Source: Patescibacteria group bacterium (GTDB lineage: Bacteria; Patescibacteriota; Minisyncoccia; 2-02-FULL-40-12; GWA2-44-9). From it: a stretch of 64,000 nt of DNA. Below, in pieces: positions 57,374-64,000 of the stretch (the stretch's first letter is position 1; each line of letters starts with the position of its first letter). The stretch lies in NCBI GenBank assembly GCA_038064515.1, contig JBBTSY010000004.1:96585-160584 (forward strand), written 5' to 3'. Made by a program: the position numbers and the translations under genes. The notes below the pieces were generated by a model. It was not told where the DNA came from, did not search any database, and worked only from the letters and a program-made list of their open reading frames with translations.

Positions 57374-57770
57374 CCCGGTTCAAGAAAATTGTAATCCTCG
57401 AATATAAAACTGACAAGAAAGGGGAGAGATAAACGACGCTGGCCAGGTTGTGCGATGTTTACGTTGCACAACCTGGCACAGAAAAGCAACTACTCGCGTA
57501 GTTGCTTTTCTGATATTGTGCGACGTAATAGATAATAGGCCCCCGCCAGGGGAATGGGATTTTGCGAAACACTCGTCACAAATTCTTTCTCCTATAAATT
57601 GTCGTCAGGTCTGCCTGTCCCTGGCCGACCAGGCGGTCAGGCAGGGAAATTATCGCAAAACAAAAAAAGAGGGGTCTCTCCCCTCTTCTTTCTTAAAAAA
57701 GTTATCCACAGCCTATCCACTTTCGTTTCAGGTTGCAGGCACCTATTAAGGTTTATATAGTCACGACCTT

Positions 57771-58289
57771 TTATTGCTGCGGCGCAATTTTTATATTGAG
57801 AAGTTCCACTTCAAAAACAAGAATACTATTGGCCGGAATTGGTCCGTTCGCTCGCTCGCCATATCCTAACGCTGCTGGAATCACCAGCTTTCGCTTGCCC
57901 CCGACTTTCATTCCCGCTACCCCCAGATCCCAGCCTTGGATTACCATGCCCGTGCCCAAAATAAATTGAAAAGGTTGGTTACGATCATACGAACTGTCGA
58001 ATTTCTGGCCGTTGGTCAAAGTACCTACGTAATTCACCGTTACTAGCTCCCCTTTCTTTGCTTCCGCGCCAGTGCCCATAACTAAATCCTGCGTCTGTAA
58101 TCCGTTTTCCATGGTGATAATTTTACCGGCAGGGCTTAACGGAGGCGAAGAATTTGTCGTTGAAGAGGGGCTGGGACTTGTAAAAAGCCCCGCTCCACTA
58201 TCCACGCTTTCTCCCTTCTTCATAAGCAACCATGCCGCCGCCGCAACAAAAATTATTAATACAATAAATATGAAGATGTTTTTTGTCAT
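57771..58289 (-). CDS. Membrane-anchored FKBP-type peptidyl-prolyl isomerase
   Basis: VNYVGTL.NGQKFDSSYDRNQPF.F.LG.G.VIQGWD.G..GMKVGGKRKLVIP..LGYG, IPANSILVFEVEL. Confidence 0.95.
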   Translation of the reverse strand: MTKNIFIFIVLIIFVAAAAWLLMKKGESVDSGAGLFTSPSPSSTTNSSPPLSPAGKIITMENGLQTQDLVMGTGAEAKKGELVTVNYVGTLTNGQKFDSSYDRNQPFQFILGTGMVIQGWDLGVAGMKVGGKRKLVIPAALGYGERANGPIPANSILVFEVELLNIKIAPQQ

Positions 58290-58291
58290 AA

Positions 58292-59230
58292 TTATCGAGA
58301 AATTTTAGGAAATTTATCTGGATCAATAGTGCGATCGAAGCATACCCGCCCCGCATCATGGGCCCAGTTTGATTCGACGCCACCATAGGAAGCTTCTGAC
58401 ATCGGCTTCGGTTGATTCAACGACGCATCATGATTGTCCTTTTTAAATGTCGCGCAAATCTGGAATGATTTGTCGCCGAGGATGCGATATTCATAGGCCG
58501 CCTGTGTTTCTGGGTCAAGCGGAGCCTTAAACCCGCTCAATGAATCAGTGAGAGCATCAAGATTTGGGGGTAATTGCTGTTTAGCCTGCCAATATGAGAC
58601 GATCTGCCATTGAATTGATGTAAGGTCCTGAACGCGGCGTTCATCAAATCGATTCAAGCGCTGGGCCTGGGGCGATCCCGCCACAATAAACCCGCCGACA
58701 ATACCTGCCACGATCAAAGCGATAATAACCTTGGAAAAAACTTTTGTTGATCGCTGTTCTTCGCGCAGTTCATTAAGATAATAAAAGAAAACTGAACTGG
58801 CGATGAAGAAAATGCTTAATATCTTTAAAACAAATCGCAGTGTCAGCTCACCTTGCATAAAGCTATAAACCAGGGCAATCAGATCGCCGATCACCACGAT
58901 ACCCGCCACAAAAAGCGTAAGATACAGAAGCCATTTTCTGATCTTCAGCTCTCTCTTTTCGGGATTTGCCTGGATGTCTTTTTTCAAAAAGCGAGATATC
59001 CATAGAAAGACCGGAAAGACGATCACGAGTGCAGAAACGGCCCAGCGGATGACTTGGTAGTATTGGCTGGAAGAATAGTAATTATACTGATCGGTAATCG
59101 CGTCAGGAAATGCGACATTAATGAGCTGAAACAATAGCGTCCCGAAATTCACTGCCAGCATGCCCAGCGCCACAATCGAAAGAAGATACAAAAATACGTC
59201 GCGGGGTAAGTTTTTATTGAGATTTTCCAT
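58292..59230 (-). CDS. Multi-TM membrane protein (DUF5671-like) with extracellular C-terminal domain
   Basis: PRDVFLYL, IRKWLLYLTLF, GSP..R..RFDERRVQDL. True start ATG 59230; the MSVR extension comes from the repeat element. Confidence 0.72.
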   Translation of the reverse strand: MENLNKNLPRDVFLYLLSIVALGMLAVNFGTLLFQLINVAFPDAITDQYNYYSSSQYYQVIRWAVSALVIVFPVFLWISRFLKKDIQANPEKRELKIRKWLLYLTLFVAGIVVIGDLIALVYSFMQGELTLRFVLKILSIFFIASSVFFYYLNELREEQRSTKVFSKVIIALIVAGIVGGFIVAGSPQAQRLNRFDERRVQDLTSIQWQIVSYWQAKQQLPPNLDALTDSLSGFKAPLDPETQAAYEYRILGDKSFQICATFKKDNHDASLNQPKPMSEASYGGVESNWAHDAGRVCFDRTIDPDKFPKISR

Positions 59231-59376
59231 CCTTACACTCACTGACGAGATATGGCTCGCGTTCCGTAAAGCATAGTGCTGCGGAGAAGCTAGACATTAC
59301 AGATCAGTTTTAATTAGTATATACACAAATCATCGCCATCTCTAGGAATCACTCGTCTGTGAGTGTGAGGATCCAT
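59226..59376. mobile_element. MITE-like element with 21-bp TIRs and duplicated TCCAT (ATGGA on minus strand)
   Basis: ATCCTTACACTCACTGACGAG (59229-59249) versus CTCGTCTGTGAGTGTGAGGAT (59352-59372), 19/21 complementary; TCCAT at 59226-59230 and 59372-59376. Confidence 0.8.
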
Positions 59377-59453
59377 AGAAAAAGTGTATCAGATTGGGCA
59401 AAAAATTCAATTAGTTAGTTCGATAAACTTACTACAAGAATGTCCAGTTTTTA

Positions 59454-59999
59454 TCATGCCGAGCCCAGCGTCTCCTGGCCGGGTATCCATTCTACCGGGC
59501 AGAGTTCGCCCGTTTTTAGAGCCTGGACCGCGCGATATACTTCTTTTACCGATCGCCCCACGGAGTTGTCTGATACCATTGCCCAGCGTACAATCCCTTC
59601 CGGATCAATGATGAACGTGCCGCGTTGGCTGGCCCCATTCGATCCAAGAATATTATAATCGCGGGAAATCTGTTGGGTGGTGTCGGCTAAAATCGGATAT
59701 TTCACTTCGGCAAGGTCACGTTCAAACCAAGCTTTATGTGAGTGCTCGCTGTCAGTCGATCCGCCGATGATAAACGCGTCCAGTTTCTTAAAGTCTTCCT
59801 CCATTTTGGCGAATTCTCTAATTTCCGTAGGACAGATGAAGGTAAAATCGCGCGGATAGAAAAAGAGCACTACCCATTTACCTCGGTAGTCTTTCAGGCT
59901 GACATTAGTGAACTCTCCTGCCTGACCGGTAGCAGGCAGGCCTGCCTTATAGGCAAGCGTATCGATAAATTCCGGCGCTTTTTCTCCAACTTTAATCAT
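59454..59999 (-). CDS. ahpC: Typical 2-Cys peroxiredoxin (AhpC/Tsa)
   Basis: FFYPRDFTFICPTE, RGTFIIDPEG, VGRS, LCPVEW. Confidence 0.93.
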   Translation of the reverse strand: MIKVGEKAPEFIDTLAYKAGLPATGQAGEFTNVSLKDYRGKWVVLFFYPRDFTFICPTEIREFAKMEEDFKKLDAFIIGGSTDSEHSHKAWFERDLAEVKYPILADTTQQISRDYNILGSNGASQRGTFIIDPEGIVRWAMVSDNSVGRSVKEVYRAVQALKTGELCPVEWIPGQETLGSA

Positions 60000-60082
60000 A
60001 ATAATAAACGTTAAGTTTACGAAATAATTCTAACACACTCGCGATGAAAAAGAGAAGAAGCTGTGCGGAGGGGGGCCTTTTC

Positions 60083-61096
60083 TTATTTGAGGTATGCTTG
60101 GGAATCTAATGAGATGCCGATGGGAATTTTTTCTACTTTAGAGATTTTCTTCTCATCAACGATAACTTTCAATGCTATCCCTTCCGTTGTTTCCACGGAA
60201 AAAGATTGATCAAAAATAAAATTGCCAAGACTGTATGCAATCCATCCATTTTTATACTTCAACACTTCCTGAATGACATGCGGATGGTGGCCAATAACAA
60301 GATCAGCTCCCGCATTGATGACGGCAGTATAGATCTGCTCCTGTGCCGCGTTATGGTGCGTCTCATATTCCGTGCCGGTGTGAAACGAAACGACTACGAT
60401 ATCGCTTTTTGCGCGTGCGACTTGAACATCCCGCACCATCGACACCTCGTCGTAAATCGCAACGCCGGGCGTGATTGCAGTAGCATTAAGCTGTCGCGAA
60501 AGAAGATCCGTATATCCTAAGAACGTGATTGAAGTGCCTTTGACCGTCATGGTAACCCCCGCATGCGCTTCCGTCGCATCGCGCCCTGCTCCTATGTAGA
60601 AAATGCCGCGGTCAGTGAGATGCATCATCGTATCCAAAAATGCCTCCCGGCCATAATCCCAAATGTGATTATTGGCGAGTGAAACAATATCAATGCCCGC
60701 ATACTTTAATCCGGCCAGCGTGCGCGGATCGGCTCGAAATGAATAAACGCTCCCGACACGAATGCCGCGGTTTGAAACCGGGTTCTCAAGATTTGCCACG
60801 GCTAGATCGGCTGACTCCAAAAAATCTTTAATGCGTAAAAATGGGTATCGCCAATCGCCCGATGCCGCGATCTTCTCTCCCACTTGCCGCGAGAGCATAA
60901 TATCGCCGACAAGTATCATGGAAATCTGATTTGATTCAGGACTTGGAGTTGGGGTCGGCATCGGCGTTGCCGCAACGTAATCAATCTTATTCGATTGGTT
61001 CCACATGATATACCCCATTCCCATGATAACAACGCCAAGCACAACTCCCGCTAAGAAGTTCTTCGGCTGAAAAACCGGATAATCCCAGGGACGCAT
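60083..61096 (-). CDS. CapA/PGA_cap family metallophosphoesterase
   Basis: GDIML, NLENP, LANNHIWDYG, SFHTG.E, IGHHPHVIQ, YSLGNFIFDQ. Confidence 0.92.
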   Translation of the reverse strand: MRPWDYPVFQPKNFLAGVVLGVVIMGMGYIMWNQSNKIDYVAATPMPTPTPSPESNQISMILVGDIMLSRQVGEKIAASGDWRYPFLRIKDFLESADLAVANLENPVSNRGIRVGSVYSFRADPRTLAGLKYAGIDIVSLANNHIWDYGREAFLDTMMHLTDRGIFYIGAGRDATEAHAGVTMTVKGTSITFLGYTDLLSRQLNATAITPGVAIYDEVSMVRDVQVARAKSDIVVVSFHTGTEYETHHNAAQEQIYTAVINAGADLVIGHHPHVIQEVLKYKNGWIAYSLGNFIFDQSFSVETTEGIALKVIVDEKKISKVEKIPIGISLDSQAYLK

Positions 61097-61164
61097 ATTT
61101 GGGTTAGGTTATAGCCCCTTCTTTCTGGAGAAGCAGGCGCTTTTGTTCTAAAAATTAAGCTTCG

Positions 61165-61497
61165 CTAGCGTATCCCGCTACCGGGTAATACTTCTTTGTC
61201 CGGCGTTAGAAGCACCGGCCCTTCAGCGGCCAGGAGCATACCTTGGCTTTCCAAGCCCATTAACATTCGCGGTTCCAGATTTGCCACGATAACAATCTCA
61301 AGACCTACTATATCTTCGGGTTCATAGTGCGTGCCAATGCCCGCAATAACCTGCCTACTAATAAACTGGTCTGCCGCATCTTTATCTCCTGCATCAACTT
61401 GAAGTTTCAAAAGTTTCTTCGAACCCTCCACTCGCTCCGCCGTCAAGATTTTAGCCACTCGCAATTCTATTTTTTGGAAATCATTATAGGTAATCAT
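61165..61497 (-). CDS. Stand-alone tRNA-binding OB-fold protein (MetRS C-terminal/CsaA-like)
   Basis: DFQKIELRVAKI, KLLKLQVD, RQVIAGI, VANLEPR.LMGLESQGMLLAA. Confidence 0.9.
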   Translation of the reverse strand: MITYNDFQKIELRVAKILTAERVEGSKKLLKLQVDAGDKDAADQFISRQVIAGIGTHYEPEDIVGLEIVIVANLEPRMLMGLESQGMLLAAEGPVLLTPDKEVLPGSGIR

Positions 61498-62039
61498 ATT
61501 TCATTGGTATTAAAACTTAGCGTCTCGGCAAACATCTTAATATGTGACGGATCACCCACTACAAGGAAAAAATTATATGAGTTGGATTTTATCCTGACCG
61601 GCTTGGGGTATCGCACAATCAACACAACTTCTTTTTTGACGCTAGTCTGATCTTTCGATGGAATAATAACACGCGCCTCCTGTTTACCGACGGTCAATGT
61701 CAGAATTTGAGGATGGATACCGTAAGGCTTCAGCTTGTGATTGGCAAGATTTTCCGTAACGGCATCAATATTGTCATTCGCAGAAATCGCATCGACGCCG
61801 AAGAATCCATTATTGCCCTCGTAGCGCCCCGCAATATTGCCGATTACACCATAGCGCGCATCCGGTTGCCATGCCGTAGGATATCGAAACGACACACCCA
61901 GCATCGGATTGGCATAAGTTGTCAGTGATTCAAAATTCAGGGCAATCCTACCGGTATACCAAAGAAACCCCGCTACCACCATGAGGGCAACCAGCAATAA
62001 TGGCAGTACGCTGAAAAATGTATTCTTATACCCTGACAT
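61494..62039 (-). CDS. Membrane-anchored hypothetical protein (PsbP-like SFRYP.W motif)
   Basis: N-terminal TM, TYAN..GVSFRYPTAW; ATG 62039 preceded by TGGTATACT (ORF track start 62108). Confidence 0.65.
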   Translation of the reverse strand: MSGYKNTFFSVLPLLLVALMVVAGFLWYTGRIALNFESLTTYANPMLGVSFRYPTAWQPDARYGVIGNIAGRYEGNNGFFGVDAISANDNIDAVTENLANHKLKPYGIHPQILTLTVGKQEARVIIPSKDQTSVKKEVVLIVRYPKPVRIKSNSYNFFLVVGDPSHIKMFAETLSFNTNEI

Positions 62040-62160
62040 TATGGGAAGTATACCACCGAAAGTAAAAAAACGAACGGCTCCAGGGTTACTGAAGCCGGAG
62101 TGGGCCACCTAAGACGCTGACCACTGCCTGTGGCGGAGACTCGCCAGGTGATGGCCTGCC

Positions 62161-62286
62161 TTAAGGACTGGGATTCTGCGCCGAGATGATCGCCACGACG
62201 ATTAAGACCAATAAACCACCAGGTAATAACAGGAGTACCAGCGTTATTTTGACTGGATGCTTTTTGAACGCCTCAATAAGATTCAC
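62161..62286 (-). CDS. Small hydrophobic peptide (41 aa), below the ORF track cutoff
   Basis: GTG start with GGAGGAAGG upstream; MNLIEAFKKHPVKITLVLLLLPGGLLVLIVVAIISAQNPSP; TGGTATAAT at 62336-62344. Confidence 0.55.
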   Translation of the reverse strand: MNLIEAFKKHPVKITLVLLLLPGGLLVLIVVAIISAQNPSP

Positions 62287-62353
62287 TTTCCTTCCTCCAG
62301 GCCCTTATTTAGGCTCTTAGTGCATCACGAGTACGATTATACCATGTCCAAGC

Positions 62354-62575
62354 TTAAAATCTCTTTAATATTCCCACCCGTTGCTCCTCGGGCCGAGGTG
62401 CCTGGGTAGGTTCCCCAAGCACTAGGCTGACTGGCCGTATAAACTGCCAGAGAATAAGGAATTCTAGGAAAATAACCACTCCGGCGGCGCCTAACATGAT
62501 TCGAACAGACAGACGATCAAGAGCCGAAACTTGTTTGGAAGAAATAAATTCAAGCTTATTGGCCAGAAAATTCAT
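62354..62575 (-). CDS. Small single-TM hypothetical protein
   Basis: 73-aa ORF with one hydrophobic helix. Confidence 0.55.
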   Translation of the reverse strand: MNFLANKLEFISSKQVSALDRLSVRIMLGAAGVVIFLEFLILWQFIRPVSLVLGEPTQAPRPEEQRVGILKRF

Positions 62576-62631
62576 GCCGCAGATTTTACATCAGATCATG
62601 TAATTTGTCAATAGCCATTCCTCTCCAACCA

Positions 62632-62656
62632 AAAAAGCCCCCGCCCGGGGCTTTTT
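62632..62656. terminator. Bidirectional terminator-like hairpin
   Basis: AAAAAGCCCCCGCCCGGGGCTTTTT. Confidence 0.6.
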
Positions 62657-62666
62657 GCGCTTTAGT

Positions 62667-62948
62667 CTATTCCGTCACTGTCGCCTCTAATATTTTTAGC
62701 TCAAGCTCTCCTTCCTGCTCGGCCGCCTTAATCTCTTCTTCAAAAGAGTCCACATCCTGGAATCCTCGCACGGTCATACCTTTTACTAAGGCCGCCGAAT
62801 TCTCGATGTCGTCGCCAATCTGCCTGCTTTCCCACCAGAGCATGTCGCCCGCCAACAATAATACAAATATCGCAATCAGAAAAAAGATATTTTCCTGTTT
62901 TGCCATACGCTTCACTACCTTATGTTTTATTACCTCCTTATGTTTCAT
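62667..62948 (-). CDS. Small single-TM hypothetical protein with acidic tail
   Basis: 93-aa ORF; TATACT 7 nt upstream of the ATG. Confidence 0.6.
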   Translation of the reverse strand: MKHKEVIKHKVVKRMAKQENIFFLIAIFVLLLAGDMLWWESRQIGDDIENSAALVKGMTVRGFQDVDSFEEEIKAAEQEGELELKILEATVTE

Positions 62949-62963
62949 TACTTATAGTATACT

Positions 62964-63182
62964 TCATTCGCCCTCGACATCCAAATCTTTCTTTATCTCT
63001 TCGAACTCATTTTCAACTTTCTTGAGTTTCGCTTTCAAAGTTTTAATTAGCTCGGCGCCTTCTTTTACTCGCTTTAAGCCTTCTTCCACATCTACATCTT
63101 CCCGCGATTGAAACCAATCGACGGTTTTTTCCAACTTTCCCATAAGATTGTGAATTGTTTGTTGCTCTTTTTCTTTAGCCAT
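62964..63182 (-). CDS. xseB: Exodeoxyribonuclease VII small subunit
   Basis: LEKTVDWF..DVEEGLKRVKEGAELIK..K.KLKKVENEF; directly downstream of xseA. Confidence 0.88.
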   Translation of the reverse strand: MAKEKEQQTIHNLMGKLEKTVDWFQSREDVDVEEGLKRVKEGAELIKTLKAKLKKVENEFEEIKKDLDVEGE

Positions 63183-63183
63183 A

Positions 63184-63999
63184 TTATTCGATGTTATCAA
63201 CGGTAGCGGTAAATGCGCCGTCGGATAGCTTTGCGCGTACCCGCCCTCCCACCTTCATACTTTTGGTCCGCTTAATTACTTTCCCGGCAGTATCGGTAAG
63301 AATGCTGTAGCCAAGTTTTAAATTTCGTTCCGGACTCACGCTTTCCAAATACATCTGATGACTCTCAATTCTCTGAAATTGTTCGCTCAATAATCGCTCG
63401 TAGGCATGGGCAATCATACCTACGTCCATACACCTCTTCATTTCATCGACCACTGATTCAAAATTATCAAAAAGATCACGCTGATAATTGGGAACATTAT
63501 TTTTGAGGCGCTCCCAAGTCGCGTTAATAAGCATCGCCGCGGCAGTAGGTGTGGAAGTTGTCGCGTCGCCCACCAGACATACAATGGGCACATCACGGTC
63601 GTGACCGATACCGCAGATAGTGGGAATCTTGGAAGCAAAAACTTCTCGAACAACCAGCTCATTATTAAATGCTTGGAGATCTTCAAGAGAACCGCCGCCG
63701 CGAATAATAATCAATACATCCAAATCAGGCATATTGCGATTGAACCATTTTACCGCTGAAAGAATATTACCCACCGCCTTCGCGCCCTCAACGCGAACAT
63801 CATAGAGGTAGACCCGGTGGCCGCGTTGTTCCAAATTTTTCCGAAAATCATCGATGACTGCACCGGTGCGAGAAGTAATTACGCCGATGCGATGAATGAA
63901 CTCGGGCAACGCGCGCTTTCTCGCGAACAGTCCTTCCGACTCAAGTTTTTTCTTTAATATCTCGTAGGCTTTCTTAAGCGATCCTTCACCGACAACTTC
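63184..63999 (-). CDS. xseA: Exodeoxyribonuclease VII large subunit (5' end beyond the window)
   Basis: GEGSLKKAYE.LKKKL.SEGLF, IGVITSRTGAVIDD, IIRGGGSLEDLQAFN, GIGHDRD, TPTAAA, SP..LKLGYSI. Confidence 0.96.
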   Translation of the reverse strand, partial: EVVGEGSLKKAYEILKKKLESEGLFARKRALPEFIHRIGVITSRTGAVIDDFRKNLEQRGHRVYLYDVRVEGAKAVGNILSAVKWFNRNMPDLDVLIIIRGGGSLEDLQAFNNELVVREVFASKIPTICGIGHDRDVPIVCLVGDATTSTPTAAAMLINATWERLKNNVPNYQRDLFDNFESVVDEMKRCMDVGMIAHAYERLLSEQFQRIESHQMYLESVSPERNLKLGYSILTDTAGKVIKRTKSMKVGGRVRAKLSDGAFTATVDNIE

Positions 64000-64000
64000 C

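Noticed and set aside
55534-57721. Replication origin
   Set aside because: Only three dispersed perfect DnaA boxes, no dnaA/dnaN nearby and no switch in gene orientation. Kept only as a low-interest finding.

Overview
Chromosomal segment of a small-genome bacterium. The gene complement looks like Patescibacteria/CPR (Parcubacteria-like); this is inference from gene content, and the genetic code is standard code 11. Most genes are on the minus strand. Left arm (1-14.9 kb): aspS (partial), tRNA-Lys(UUU), a VirD4/TraG-like ATPase and its partner, a sigma4/HARE-HTH protein, secF, secD, a TM0106-type nuclease, secA and a secreted zinc peptidase. Middle (14.9-47.5 kb): a ~33 kb surface-glycan locus with a priming sugar transferase, an O-antigen-ligase/OTase-TPR protein, two flippases, five SAM methyltransferases, NeuB/NeuA with two KdsC-like HADs, a B12-radical SAM enzyme, a plant-RGP/GT75-like protein and about ten glycosyltransferases. 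Right arm: S-layer-like secreted proteins, a lamin-tail protein, FKBP, ahpC, CapA-like protein, xseB and partial xseA. The most striking unexplained signal is a set of tiny mobile-looking insertions with no transposase or integrase, each of which regenerates the host signal it lands in. (i) A 310-bp element carrying only a small GIY-YIG nuclease, with 21-bp ATCC...GGAT terminal inverted repeats and a duplicated ATGAA at a stop/start overlap. (ii) Two ~140-bp non-coding elements with the same termini, duplicating ATGAA or ATGGA start codons. (iii) A second GIY-YIG gene inserted with a 17-bp duplication of the tRNA-Lys 5' end. (iv) A C39-peptidase cassette inserted with a 21-bp duplication of the secA 3' end. 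(v) A four-helix-bundle gene flanked by heptamer repeats. (vi) Short GC-rich palindromes, some inserted in frame in aspS and ahpC. All family assignments come from motif recognition by eye; no database search was run.
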